A DNA stretch of 64,000 nt from an uncultured Pirellulaceae bacterium (GCA_938010615.1 CALLUY010000034.1:982-64981); one strand, 5' to 3'. Shown: positions 20,130 through 30,984, counted from the stretch's first letter. Notes: generated from the letters alone by a model not told the origin. Made by a program: numbers and translations.

Positions 20130-22832
20130 CTACTGTCCGATTGAAATTCGAGTGTTCTCCAACGAACCGTCGACAATAACGGACTGCAAAATGGCATCGC
20201 CACCGTTTTCAAGAACCGTATTCGAGACGGACTCGTCGATTGGAAGCTGTTCAATCAACTCAGGTTCGCCTTCTGGCAAATATAGAGGTTCGAATTCTTC
20301 GACGGTGAGCTCATTCCAAATGGCTGGCGTACTAACGGTGCCGCCTTGATAATTCCAACCAAGATAAAGCCATCCATCTTGCATCTCCAAAAGACCAAGC
20401 TGAAGCGACTTAACCACATCGACTCCTTCAAGTTGCGGAACATCAGGAATCAAGTTGGCTGGCAACTCAACCCCTTCACTCCCGCTTGACTCAACTGCTT
20501 CCGCCAGCCGCTTCTCTAGTATCTTTGCAAAAGCAATTGAATCGGCACCCGGCTTTTCACCTTCAGATAGATCAATCTCAGGCGTCCCTTGAGTTTGCAA
20601 AAACAGTTTTCCGTCGCGACTGACAACCTTGAAGGAAAGCTTGATCGTCAAGCTGGTTTTGATCGCGTTGTCACCTTGTTCGAAACGCGTTCCGGTGACG
20701 ATCACGTTTAGTCGATTGCCCGTGAACTCAATCTGAACAGGACGAACTTCAGGGAACGAGATTTTGAAATCTTCCATTTCCTCATCGCCAGCTTCCATGC
20801 CGTCAAGCAAATCAGTACCTTTCGCGAACGCTTTGAGTTCTGCTTCGAGTTCGTCGTTGGTAAATGTCCGACCGGCAAAGATCAGGTCGAGATAGTTACT
20901 AATCATCGACTCATGAAGTTTTAGTTGGACATCGGAACCGGCCGTTCGAAACGATGGATTGATCGTAGCACCGAATGCAGAACGAGTATCCTTCTTGGCG
21001 ACTGCCTCCACCCGATCTGAAAACGAACGCAAGTAAACTTGCGGAAGCAACGCGTAAAACTTACGAGCCATCTGTGCGATTGACTCGACTTGCTCAACAC
21101 CTTCATCGACAACCGTAGAAGTTTCAGAATCAAAGCGATCACGCAATCGCTCTTTGACTCGACGCGTGGACTCAGCATCCGTTGTACTCTGTTCTTCCGC
21201 AAAGCTTTTGGCTGCCAAACGTTGGACTAATCCGCAATTCGAACTAATCCCACCATACTGCGCTGAAATCGAAGCATCGACACTGCTCTCGCTTGCATAC
21301 AGACCATTGAGGTTGGCATACAAATCGCGACGACCTGACAGGTTACCTGAAGCAGTTGATTTGATTTTGAATGCAAGCTGACGAACGTATGTGTCGGTGC
21401 TCGCCATTCCGCCAAGCACAATGCTGACGCGGACTTGATCCGGGTCATCAATCGGATAAACATTGACCGTTGTGTTGGTGTAAGACAATCCGCGTGCAAA
21501 ACGACCAAGAAAGTCTTCCGCAACGCGATCGTATTCGGCCGAAGACCGACTCGTCAACGATTGGATCAGCCGCGATGAAACGGAAACGTAAGTATTGGGC
21601 CCCGAGTACTTTCGTCGAATCGCAACGCAAAGGTCATTGAGTTGATGCCGATCTTCCAACCACTGCAAAATATTGCCGAGCTTTGCATGTGACAGTGGAT
21701 CATCCGGGTCAGCCAGTGTAGGCATCAGGTTCGCCAGATCGACAACGCGTTCGATGTACTCTTGCTGAATGTTATCCTCAGTGGAAAACTCATAAGCGTC
21801 CGCGAACCGATCAACGGCGGCTCTAGCGGAAGCGAACGCGGAATCAGTTCGTTCCTTCGCAAGGTTTCGAAACCGACGCTGCGACCTTCGCAACGCACGT
21901 CCGAAGTCGCGTCGTCGAATCAATCGAGGCTTATCTTTCTTGAAAATCTCTGCGGCTTTCTTTTCAAGTTCCTCGATGCGTTCCTCCAACGCCTCTCCTT
22001 TTGCCTTGAGCGATTTTAGATCGCTTTCGTCGTCGCTGTCAGGAACCGGCGGTGACAGTTCGATAATGTTCGGGTCTTCGTCGTCTTCGTCACCTTTGTT
22101 TTCATCCTCATCTTCTTCGGGAGTTTCCATCGGCAACGCATCGATTTGATCGACGATTTCCTCAAGACTTTTCCGTTCGTCTTCGATCATCGATTTCATT
22201 TTGCCAACGGAGACTTCTGGCGGCATCTCGACATCCATTTCTCCGAGGAAATCAACGGTGTCGTTGAGCTTCAATTTGTGAAAGACATCGGCGCGAGTCC
22301 GACTGTCGTAATCGCGACGATAGACTTTCTTCAATAGCTGCAATTCGTATCGCGCGACGTCGCGAAGATGCTCAAGCTTTGAAATGCTCGGCGGTTCAAA
22401 TTTTGCGACGGCTTGTTGTGCTGCGAACTGAAGATCGATCAACTCTTGAGATTGAATCCGATCCAATTGCTCGATTTGAGCCATAATCGATGATCGAACT
22501 TCTTGAAAAACTGGATGCTTAAGGGACTCATCGCCTCGATCGAACAAGTTCAACAGCGATCGAAGTGTTGTCAAATCTGCTTGCTCACCTTTGGCGGCTT
22601 GCGAATCAAGCACGTTCAGGTTGAGAAGTTTGCGCCAAGCTTGTGCCTTTTCACCAACGCCGAGCCAATCGTTCATTCTGGCAACTGAAGTTCGAAGACG
22701 CTCGGTCGTGTCGCAGGCAGGCGCCATTTGAGGCGTCAGCAAGGCGAAGATGACGGCAACCAAAACAGCCACCTTGTAGGGGTGCGTTTTGTGAACTGTG
22801 GACGTATTTTCAGTGCTCATTGTGTGAAACAT
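20130..22832 (-). CDS. Large planctomycete-type secreted hypothetical protein
   Basis: 900-aa ORF with signal-like VAVLVAVIFALL, an acidic linker and coiled coil. Confidence 0.8.
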   Translation of the reverse strand: MFHTMSTENTSTVHKTHPYKVAVLVAVIFALLTPQMAPACDTTERLRTSVARMNDWLGVGEKAQAWRKLLNLNVLDSQAAKGEQADLTTLRSLLNLFDRGDESLKHPVFQEVRSSIMAQIEQLDRIQSQELIDLQFAAQQAVAKFEPPSISKLEHLRDVARYELQLLKKVYRRDYDSRTRADVFHKLKLNDTVDFLGEMDVEMPPEVSVGKMKSMIEDERKSLEEIVDQIDALPMETPEEDEDENKGDEDDEDPNIIELSPPVPDSDDESDLKSLKAKGEALEERIEELEKKAAEIFKKDKPRLIRRRDFGRALRRSQRRFRNLAKERTDSAFASARAAVDRFADAYEFSTEDNIQQEYIERVVDLANLMPTLADPDDPLSHAKLGNILQWLEDRHQLNDLCVAIRRKYSGPNTYVSVSSRLIQSLTSRSSAEYDRVAEDFLGRFARGLSYTNTTVNVYPIDDPDQVRVSIVLGGMASTDTYVRQLAFKIKSTASGNLSGRRDLYANLNGLYASESSVDASISAQYGGISSNCGLVQRLAAKSFAEEQSTTDAESTRRVKERLRDRFDSETSTVVDEGVEQVESIAQMARKFYALLPQVYLRSFSDRVEAVAKKDTRSAFGATINPSFRTAGSDVQLKLHESMISNYLDLIFAGRTFTNDELEAELKAFAKGTDLLDGMEAGDEEMEDFKISFPEVRPVQIEFTGNRLNVIVTGTRFEQGDNAIKTSLTIKLSFKVVSRDGKLFLQTQGTPEIDLSEGEKPGADSIAFAKILEKRLAEAVESSGSEGVELPANLIPDVPQLEGVDVVKSLQLGLLEMQDGWLYLGWNYQGGTVSTPAIWNELTVEEFEPLYLPEGEPELIEQLPIDESVSNTVLENGGDAILQSVIVDGSLENTRISIGQ

Positions 22833-23118
22833 GGTGTGCGTGGAACTAGATGTCGAATGATTTGCGGCAACGCTGCCAAAACCCCGTTTAGGGCGTTTTA
22901 TTCTGATTCAAAAGAAGCTCGGATACTACCAACGAAAAGATAGTTTTTTTGGATTCGACAGGAGCGATAAATCTCGCTTTCGACCGCGTTTCAGGGATAA
23001 GTTCTGGCCCCTAGCCCTCATTGCCGGTCTCGAATAGCATTCATACGTGGTGGCGTTTGCATCGGTCAATTCGCTGCACGGTTATTTTGCAGTTCGTTAC
23101 GATCCAAGGTGAGTTGAG

Positions 23119-23676
23119 ATGGAAGAAATTCAAGGCCGCGGGAAAGCTCTTGAAAACGCGTTTTTTGGAGAGCGCGACAAAGAACTTTTGCAGAAACTCA
23201 AATCAGAGCTCGAAGGCAAACATGACCGCGAGGCGTTGTCTGCAGTAAGCGGCATCGACGACGAAAAAGTACTCGACTTGCTCCTCGGCGTTGGAGTGAC
23301 ACCTGAAAGCCTTGCCGCCGTTTCTCTGATCCCTCTGGTTGCGGTCGCTTGGTGCGACGCGTCAATGGAGTCGACAGAAAAAGAGGCGATTCTCAACGCG
23401 GCCGGTGCAGCCGGCATCGACAAATCTTCTGCTTCTTATGAGCTGCTAGGAAGCTGGCTGACTGAGCGACCTGGCAGTGATTTGCTTGACGCGTGGAAGG
23501 CCTACATCGGTGTTTTGCAGGCCAACCTAGACAAGACAGCGTTTTCTCAATTGAAGGCTTCCGTTGTTAATCGCGCCGAAAACGTTGCTGAATCTGCAGG
23601 CGGCTTTTTTGGGCTCGGTTCCGTTTCGGACCGGGAGAAGAAAGCAATCGCAGACCTTGCGGCAACTTTTGGCTAG
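23119..23676 (+). CDS. TerB-like fold protein with an N-terminal IF1-like helix
   Basis: Good SD (AAGGTGAG); LIPLVAVAWCD..MESTEKEAI; VAESAGGFFGLGSVSDREKKAI (TerB-like). Confidence 0.8.
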   Translation: MEEIQGRGKALENAFFGERDKELLQKLKSELEGKHDREALSAVSGIDDEKVLDLLLGVGVTPESLAAVSLIPLVAVAWCDASMESTEKEAILNAAGAAGIDKSSASYELLGSWLTERPGSDLLDAWKAYIGVLQANLDKTAFSQLKASVVNRAENVAESAGGFFGLGSVSDREKKAIADLAATFG

Positions 23677-23997
23677 AGTCCACTACAAAACCGATCGCAG
23701 CTCGCAGTCTGCAGGTCGGCCTCTCCGAGGCCTGAAGTTTCGTAACCTTTGACGTCATCCTCTTTTCGGGAGGGTGACGACCGACGTCGCTTCGCGACTC
23801 GCCAATTCTTGTCACGCAACATTCCCATTCGCGAACGACTCAGGCACCAGACTTTAACGTCTGCGTAGCGTTTTCCGAAACGATCAGTCGATCCATCTCA
23901 ATTCTATTCGTTCCGTACCAATGTGCGATTCGCTCGGTTGCCAATGCTAGCAATTGGCGATAAATTCGTGACGAAAGAACCAACCAACAAACGGAGA

Positions 23998-24759
23998 ATG
24001 ACTGTGGGTTTTGCCGGAAACGAACGTAATGGCCTATTCGTCGCGATTGACGCGAACATTGGAGCTGGCAAGACCAATGCCTGCCATGCAATTGCCTCCG
24101 CAGCGATGGCTGCTGGTCATCAGACCCGCGTGATGGAAGAGCCGACTCACCATCCACAGTTCAATCACTTTTTGCAGCGATACTACGATGACCTTCAGTC
24201 TGGCAAGAACGCTGGCGGTGGCTTTGCGATGCAAATGTTTATGCTTTGCCAGCGTTACGAGCAGCATCGACTGGCTGTCGAACAGGCTTGGGGCACCAAA
24301 GGCACCATCGTCATTCAGGACCGCCCGATTTACGGTGATACCGTGTTCGCGACCACGGCCATGGAGCGTGGATTCATGACGCCGGAAGAGTACGATCTGT
24401 ACGTAGACGTCTATCGAAACATGAGTCGCGACGTCATGCCACCGGACGTATTCGTCTATTTGGACGTCTCTCCGGAAGAGTGCTACGACAGGATGCATTC
24501 CCGCGGTCGATCCGAAGAAGAGGGTGTGCCACTGGACTATTTGAAACAATTGTACGACAACTACCAAAAGCTTCTGTCTGAGATGCGTCGACGCGGAGTT
24601 CGTGTTTTGACCGTCGACTGGAGCGGCTTTGGGCCACCAGTTGAAATTTGGAAGCGAATTCAAAAGCTGGTCGATTCAGAAAACACCTGGTACGAAGAGC
24701 TTTCATTTTCTCTTGCCAAGGAGCCTCGTATCCCGATCGCTCCAAAGCTCAACAAATAA
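23998..24759 (+). CDS. Deoxynucleoside kinase family protein
   Basis: DANIGAGKT P-loop, EEP, QMFMLCQRY, QDRPIYGD, PDVFVYLD, RGRSEE lid; start uncertain (23968, 23998 or 24004). Confidence 0.9.
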   Translation: MTVGFAGNERNGLFVAIDANIGAGKTNACHAIASAAMAAGHQTRVMEEPTHHPQFNHFLQRYYDDLQSGKNAGGGFAMQMFMLCQRYEQHRLAVEQAWGTKGTIVIQDRPIYGDTVFATTAMERGFMTPEEYDLYVDVYRNMSRDVMPPDVFVYLDVSPEECYDRMHSRGRSEEEGVPLDYLKQLYDNYQKLLSEMRRRGVRVLTVDWSGFGPPVEIWKRIQKLVDSENTWYEELSFSLAKEPRIPIAPKLNK

Positions 24760-24785
24760 CGACAACCCATTTCAAGATTGACAAC

Positions 24786-25100
24786 ATGAGCGAATTTTCG
24801 AAGGCTGCAACCAAAGACGAACTCCAACCAGGTGAAAAACTACTGGTTGAAGTCGACGAACAGCTGGTCATTCTTTTTCAGGTTGGCGACGAGTATTTTT
24901 GTCTTGACGACGTTTGCACTCATGACGGCGGGACGCTTAGCGATGGGGAATTCGAAGGGCACGAAATCGCGTGTCCTCGTCACGGTGCCAAGTTCGATAT
25001 CCGCTGCGGCAAGGCGCTCTGCATGCCCGCCACCCAGAACACGGGTTCTCACGAGGTGAAAGTCGACGGTGAAGATATTATGGTCCGGATTTCTCAATAG
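24786..25100 (+). CDS. Rieske [2Fe-2S] ferredoxin
   Basis: CTH...CPRHGAKFDIRCG; ATG 24786. Confidence 0.93.
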   Translation: MSEFSKAATKDELQPGEKLLVEVDEQLVILFQVGDEYFCLDDVCTHDGGTLSDGEFEGHEIACPRHGAKFDIRCGKALCMPATQNTGSHEVKVDGEDIMVRISQ

Positions 25101-25250
25101 AAATTCAGTTCGGCCAAGACACGCTATTTCTAGCGTGTCTTTTCTTGCGCCAAATCGTGGACGCAACAAGCCAACGTGCACGAGAGTGAAGTTCAGGCAG
25201 TTGCCAAGACGTTCGGCTTAGGGGCAAGGAAAACCCGCGCTGACTTGGGC

Positions 25251-27080
25251 TTAAAGTTCTTTCAGGACATTCTCATAAAGTTCACGCTCTTTTGCGTCAA
25301 CTTCGTCGAGAATTTCTCGAACTCGTTTCGCATGAATCGCTGAGTTTTCGGTGTCGCCGATCATTTCATAGCAATCCTTGAGATGTTTGTGCACGGTGAT
25401 CAAGTCGGGCATTTTTTCAAGCACGATCAGGAAGTCAGCGATTGCTTCATTGTAACGTTGCTGCCCCTTTCGAATCGCTCCGCGAGTTTCATACAGCATG
25501 TACTGTTCAGGGAACAGCATCAGAGCCGTGTCGAGCAATTTCCCTTCTCCGAATTTGGGTTCTTGTCGAATCGCAATGGACAGCAAGCGATGCGTCACAA
25601 ATTCGGTTGTACCAAACTGATGTTGTGCGACTTTCCATCTCGTTTTTCCGCCAGCGACATCGCCACGAAGCAGCATCCGAGTACCGATCAGAATATGGAC
25701 CACTCCCGGAATGGGACATTTGTCAACGGAGTTCCTCAACCAAACATCAGGTTCCGTTTCACTGGACTCGGTATCAATGTAGTCAACAAGTCGACCATAG
25801 ATTTTGACGTCACGAGGATTGGTAGCAATCGCTTTGCATAACGCATATAGCCGCAGTCGGAAATTTCTTTCGTCGGAGATATCTTTAAAGTCATCCGCGT
25901 TTTGAATGTAGACCAAAGACGCCAGCTGCATGATCTTTCGGCGAGTATCCTGCGTTTTAACGCTTTGGTAGCCAGTCTTGATAAATTCGTTCGCCCGTTC
26001 GTAGTCTTTTAACGCAACAGCACTTTGGACCAGAGAAAACCAGATCTCATAGACTTCAGGATTCAAGCGAGCAATGCGAGTAACTTTTGAAGCCGCATTA
26101 CTCAGAGCACGACGGGCTCCAACGTCATCGCCAAGCTTGACACAAACATCCACAAGCTGAGGCATCGCCAAAACCTGTTCAATCCGGTTGAAGTTCTCAT
26201 AAGCCGTCAACGACTCCAGCGACTCTCGTGCCAGCTTCAAGTTATCCAAACTTTCTTCGGACCCCTCTTCCAGCTGGCGAGCTCGCGTTAGATAGAGGTC
26301 GACGAGGTTGACTTGAGCGCGAATATTTCCGGGGTCTACCGCAATCGCCGCTCGCAGATGATCCATCGCTAACTTGTTGCGAGTTTCGTCGTTACCTTCC
26401 AGCCGCTGCTGCCTGATCAGCTGTTGTGAAAGCCACACGTGTGCCAATGCAAACTTTTCTGGCTCCACTTCCGCGTTTGAATCTTCCCCTGTGTCTTCAC
26501 CACTATCGGGAGTCGCTTCGGTTCCCGATGTAGGTGTTACTGCAACTTCATCGATCGTCGTATCGCCGGCAAGAAACTGCATGATTCGCGTTGCTTCTGC
26601 TTTATCACCAGTCCGATCAACATCTTCGGCCATCATGTACATGTATTCTTTGGAATCCGGTCGCAATTCAACCAGCTTCTTCGAAAACAAAAGAGCTTCT
26701 TCTGGAGAATCATTACGAAGGTGCATTTGGTGATAGCCCATCGCTGGACCAAGGGAAATCTGTCTCGAGTAGTTGCTGAAAACCCAAAGCAGAAAAGGAG
26801 TGAACACCAAAATCGCAAACGCAGGAAGACCTCTCAAGAAAGCGATCCCGTTCCGTGACGTCGTCCACGCCTGAACCATGAAGACCGCAAATCCCCACAA
26901 CAGACGAAACGGAAGGGTCAAAAAACCAACGACGGGATTGCCCTGTCCACCGCGAAAAGACGATCCTTCACCTGACATTGCGTCTCCAACCCAATCCTGA
27001 ATTGCGCGGACGGGCGCCAATAGAATGCCCATGAATGATCGGCTTTCAAACCCATCATTGTCTTTTCGATTCAAGACCAT
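25251..27080 (-). CDS. Membrane-anchored TPR protein
   Basis: N-terminal TM, helical repeats (A..HL.AAIA.DP.N, YETRG.I...Q.RY.EAI.DF..VLE..P). Confidence 0.82.
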   Translation of the reverse strand: MVLNRKDNDGFESRSFMGILLAPVRAIQDWVGDAMSGEGSSFRGGQGNPVVGFLTLPFRLLWGFAVFMVQAWTTSRNGIAFLRGLPAFAILVFTPFLLWVFSNYSRQISLGPAMGYHQMHLRNDSPEEALLFSKKLVELRPDSKEYMYMMAEDVDRTGDKAEATRIMQFLAGDTTIDEVAVTPTSGTEATPDSGEDTGEDSNAEVEPEKFALAHVWLSQQLIRQQRLEGNDETRNKLAMDHLRAAIAVDPGNIRAQVNLVDLYLTRARQLEEGSEESLDNLKLARESLESLTAYENFNRIEQVLAMPQLVDVCVKLGDDVGARRALSNAASKVTRIARLNPEVYEIWFSLVQSAVALKDYERANEFIKTGYQSVKTQDTRRKIMQLASLVYIQNADDFKDISDERNFRLRLYALCKAIATNPRDVKIYGRLVDYIDTESSETEPDVWLRNSVDKCPIPGVVHILIGTRMLLRGDVAGGKTRWKVAQHQFGTTEFVTHRLLSIAIRQEPKFGEGKLLDTALMLFPEQYMLYETRGAIRKGQQRYNEAIADFLIVLEKMPDLITVHKHLKDCYEMIGDTENSAIHAKRVREILDEVDAKERELYENVLKEL

Positions 27081-27201
27081 GTTACTGCGTTATAAGAGAA
27101 CGGTTAGTTAGCATAAGTTTAACAACACAAAGCCAAGATCGCCAACGTCCCAAACGGAAATAGCGAACCTTAACACATTACAACAGCGTCAGCTGTCAGT
27201 G

Positions 27202-28908
27202 TCAGGGCGATTGATCCCGCCGCATTTGTGCCTCAGCATCCCGCAATCGTTCAATGTATTTTTCTGGCGTTCGCATGTTGAGACCACGATAACATTCGTC
27301 CAATGACCGCAAAGTATCAGGATGATTGGGCCGGGCTGACAACGATTTCTCATAAACCGCCAAAGCTTCCTCAAGCCGGTCCTGCTGCTTCAGAGCCGTG
27401 GCCTTGGTGTGGAGAAACTTCGACACTTCCATTGGATTAACGCTCGGTGGAAGGTTTCTGACAGCTTCGTTAATCAGCTGCAACGCTCGTTCTGGATTTC
27501 GCTCATCATCTCCAGCCACCAAGTACGAGAACGAAAGGTTATTCAGAACTGCCGGGTCTCGCGGCGATTTTTCCCGAGCCCGCTCGTAGAATCGAATCGC
27601 CTCGGAAAAACGCTTGTTCAACAACGCATCGTTTCCGAGCTGATTCAATACCGAAGCAGGAGCATCAACGTCGGCGTTGGGATCATAAACGGCTCGCGCG
27701 TTTTCAGCGATTTCAGGGTTCGAAGAAAGCGAAAGTCGAGCCAAAGCCTGCAGGACAAGCTCATTTTCCTGATGGTTACTGTACGCATTTGAATAGAGCC
27801 TCAATAGCTTCTCCTGCAATCCAGCATCCAAAACATCGTAGGATTGATTCGAGCTGGCAATGTCGTTGGCCCAAACAATATATGAATCTGCAATCAAACG
27901 TTCTAGGAAGACTCGACGTGGTCCCCCCTTGGCATCAGCGGCGTATTTTTGGATTTGAGACAACAACCGTTTCTCGGCTTCCTCAAAACGTTTAAGTCGA
28001 AGCAAAGTTTTTACGATTCCCGTCTCTACAACGATCCAACGTTTGTCGTTTTCCTGGTTATCCTTCTGCCCCGCCAACGTAAGAAAGCTACCGTAAGCTT
28101 TCTCAAAAAGTTGTCGATCGCGATCAGTCTGACCCATTCTCTCGTTTAGAAGCGACATCTCACGATAATAGTTCGGATTGAATTCAAACAGATCTTGATA
28201 CAGCGAGTACGCCTCTGGAAAGCGTTGCGTTTTGGTTAGAATTCTCGCTTTCAAAAGTTTTGCTTCGAGGTTCTTTTCGTCTCGCGTCAAAACATGATTG
28301 ACGTGCTTGAGTGCGATATCCAGATTTCCACTTACCTCCATTTGTGTTCCAGCTGGCTTGTCAAAGAAGTTCTTCGCCAAAACAAAGTGAGCGATTGGAT
28401 AGCCAGGAACATCTTCTGGAGCCAACTCATTGAGAATACTGAAAGCATGAGCTTTATCGTTGCGAGATGACGCAAGCTTCGCCAATTCAAATCGATAGTC
28501 GTTATTCTCCGGATCCAATGAGATCAGCTTGTCCAAGTAGATCTTCTGTGCCTGCCTTAGATCCAGCAGTTTCGCTTTATCTTCTTCGGAAACAACTTTC
28601 TGTTGCGAACCTCCAAGGGCCTGTACGTTTTGCGTTCGCGCCAGCTCTTTTGATAGCTGTCCAAGATCTGCGGTCGTCTTTTGATAGCGATAGTCGTAAC
28701 TGTCTTCCAGCGATGATTGATTCAGGAGTTGCACGCTGCCAACGGCTATGATGGCTAACGCCGCGACGATTAATGCTGGCAAGCCAAGGATCATCGAACG
28801 GCCACGTGTCGACTCGCTCCAAGTGCTCCCGAGTGCTTCTCCCGGCGACATTACCAGATGAATTGGAAGCATCAACAAGCGCTTCAAATGAAAGAAGAGG
28901 TAATTCAT
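27202..28908 (-). CDS. Membrane-anchored TPR protein (paralog of the adjacent gene)
   Basis: TM after W..STRG..LGLPA; TPRs VLNQLG..EAIRFYERA..P.VLNNLS. Confidence 0.85.
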   Translation of the reverse strand: MNYLFFHLKRLLMLPIHLVMSPGEALGSTWSESTRGRSMILGLPALIVAALAIIAVGSVQLLNQSSLEDSYDYRYQKTTADLGQLSKELARTQNVQALGGSQQKVVSEEDKAKLLDLRQAQKIYLDKLISLDPENNDYRFELAKLASSRNDKAHAFSILNELAPEDVPGYPIAHFVLAKNFFDKPAGTQMEVSGNLDIALKHVNHVLTRDEKNLEAKLLKARILTKTQRFPEAYSLYQDLFEFNPNYYREMSLLNERMGQTDRDRQLFEKAYGSFLTLAGQKDNQENDKRWIVVETGIVKTLLRLKRFEEAEKRLLSQIQKYAADAKGGPRRVFLERLIADSYIVWANDIASSNQSYDVLDAGLQEKLLRLYSNAYSNHQENELVLQALARLSLSSNPEIAENARAVYDPNADVDAPASVLNQLGNDALLNKRFSEAIRFYERAREKSPRDPAVLNNLSFSYLVAGDDERNPERALQLINEAVRNLPPSVNPMEVSKFLHTKATALKQQDRLEEALAVYEKSLSARPNHPDTLRSLDECYRGLNMRTPEKYIERLRDAEAQMRRDQSP

Positions 28909-29239
28909 GGGATTTCTTAGTACCTAAAAATTGCTGGCATGAAGCCTTCGGCGCAAATCGCTGACTTACGTATCGTATTGGCAGACCAGAACCGCTGCCA
29001 TACCGTATTCCCCGGAATTTCCTTGTTCTAGGCTGCTAAAACAGCCGTGCCGGAATCCGTAAATGACAGCATCATTTGGTAGTACACGACACATTATTCA
29101 GAAAGTCGGAAGATCGGGTACATGGGGCATATTTGCAAAAATCAGGAGAATCGGCAAAGTCGCAATGTTTCTACGCCGAAAAAGAGATGGGGCAGCACTG
29201 GATTGCCGTTTGATGACACGTTTGTACACCAATCGACCC

Positions 29240-30952
29240 ATGAAAAAGCAAAAACTGCATCTGATTGCAAAATTCGCAGCACTTTCAATCGTCGGCGCCA
29301 TGCCAGCCTTGGCTTCCAGCGAAGCAAACGCTCAGCAATCGAAACACGATTCGATGCCACCGATCGTTCAGGGCGTTCAAAGCTCGAACCTACCGGTCGC
29401 AGCTTCGAATTACTCGTACACCCGTGACGCGAGTAAACCGCTGGTTCCGACTTTCAAGATCGATAAGTCGAAGGTTCCACCGATCGTCTCCGGTCGCATC
29501 CCGACCTTGGCGAAACCTGAAAAATCAGAATCCACCAGCATGGGACTATTGGCACCAATTGGCTCCGGAGTCGTCAAACAAGTTACAGCGGCCATCGAAC
29601 CCGGAAAGGCACGCATTGCTCGCGCATTCTCGCCTGCAAAAATGCCAGTTCGAGCTCAGGGAAGTAGCACACGAAACGCTCCGGTTCCTGCCGTCCAAAT
29701 CCCCAATCCGATTTCCGTGAGAGAGCCACAGATCATGTCGCCTCGCGGTATTGGAGGGATTCAGGATCCGGGCATGTCATCGATGGTTCCGGCACCTCCG
29801 GTCATTTCCGGTTCGCTGATTGCACCAAACGCACAAAACTCCGCACTTCAATCTGGACCAATTACAGCACCGAGCTATTTCGATGCAACGCCTCAAGTCA
29901 ATGCGATTCCAATGCAAAGCGTTGTATCAGGATGCGGCGACTGCGGCACAAGCGGTTGCAGTTCATGCCAAACGGGAGGCTGCGACGGCACAGGCAGTTG
30001 CGACTCTTGCGGGCCGGGTGGATGCTACGACAAAAATCAAATCAATTGCGACTATGGAACTTACGGTTCTGTCAGTGCAGCACGGCGATACGCTTACCTC
30101 GAGTTCCTGTATCTGACTCGTGAAGACGGTGACATCACCAACTCGAACTTCAATCCACTTGGCGGATTCGACTTCAGTCCAGGCATGCGTCTGACCTTCG
30201 GGCAACGTTCGGACATGACACAGGGTCGCGAGATCAGCTACACCGGTGCATTCAACATCGATACTTCGCAGACGACAAATGACGACCGCAACCGCTTGAA
30301 TGCGTTGTTCTCTCCAGGAGGAGGTCTGTTTGATGGTGACCTTTCAGCTTTCAACGGTGCGTCTCAACACATCCAATCCAAAGAAACTTCGCTTCACAGT
30401 CTTGAGTACAACCGTGTACGTTGGGGCTGGGACGTTGTGAAATCGTTTATTGGTGCACGATATGTTTACTTTGACGACCAATATCAACTCAACAGTACAG
30501 CTCCGACTTTCGACGCATTTGGTACCCCCGGAGTTGAAACTGGAATTCATCGACTCGATACGGTGAACCACCTTCTGGGTGCTCACATCGGAGCCGAATT
30601 GTTCTACGACATCGGATATCGATTCAGCCTGTCTGGATTAAGTAAGTTCGGCGTCTACGCCAACATCAACAAGGGTGACAACTTTCTTCAGAGCGGTGAC
30701 ACGGTCATTCTGAATACTGAAAACGATGGAGCGACGCTTTCGACAACCTACGATTTAAACCTGCTGGCTCACTATCAGATTCGTCAGTCAGCCCGTTTGC
30801 GATTTGGATACAACCTGATGTACCTAAGCGACGTCGCCACCGTGTCTGACAACTTCACACCGTTTGTCTCTCCGTTTACAGGATTCAACAGCTCGGATGA
30901 TGACGATGCGTTCATCCACGGCTTCTCGTTTGGTTTGGAAATCTATCGCTAG
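29240..30952 (+). CDS. BBP7-family outer-membrane beta-barrel protein
   Basis: Signal peptide from MKKQKL, Pro-rich then Cys/Gly-rich region, EFLYLTR, NHLLGAHIG, RFGYNLMYL, C-terminal FIHGFSFGLEIYR. Confidence 0.8.
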   Translation: MKKQKLHLIAKFAALSIVGAMPALASSEANAQQSKHDSMPPIVQGVQSSNLPVAASNYSYTRDASKPLVPTFKIDKSKVPPIVSGRIPTLAKPEKSESTSMGLLAPIGSGVVKQVTAAIEPGKARIARAFSPAKMPVRAQGSSTRNAPVPAVQIPNPISVREPQIMSPRGIGGIQDPGMSSMVPAPPVISGSLIAPNAQNSALQSGPITAPSYFDATPQVNAIPMQSVVSGCGDCGTSGCSSCQTGGCDGTGSCDSCGPGGCYDKNQINCDYGTYGSVSAARRYAYLEFLYLTREDGDITNSNFNPLGGFDFSPGMRLTFGQRSDMTQGREISYTGAFNIDTSQTTNDDRNRLNALFSPGGGLFDGDLSAFNGASQHIQSKETSLHSLEYNRVRWGWDVVKSFIGARYVYFDDQYQLNSTAPTFDAFGTPGVETGIHRLDTVNHLLGAHIGAELFYDIGYRFSLSGLSKFGVYANINKGDNFLQSGDTVILNTENDGATLSTTYDLNLLAHYQIRQSARLRFGYNLMYLSDVATVSDNFTPFVSPFTGFNSSDDDDAFIHGFSFGLEIYR

Positions 30953-30984
30953 ACGACCAAGCAACCCAAACGCTACAAAAAATC

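Noticed and set aside
23700-23900. Riboswitch or ncRNA upstream of the deoxynucleoside kinase
   Set aside because: The hairpins (GGCCTCTCCGAGGCC, GTCATCCTC..GAGGGTGAC) look like degenerate REP fragments and match no riboswitch consensus I recognise; an Infernal/Rfam scan would settle it
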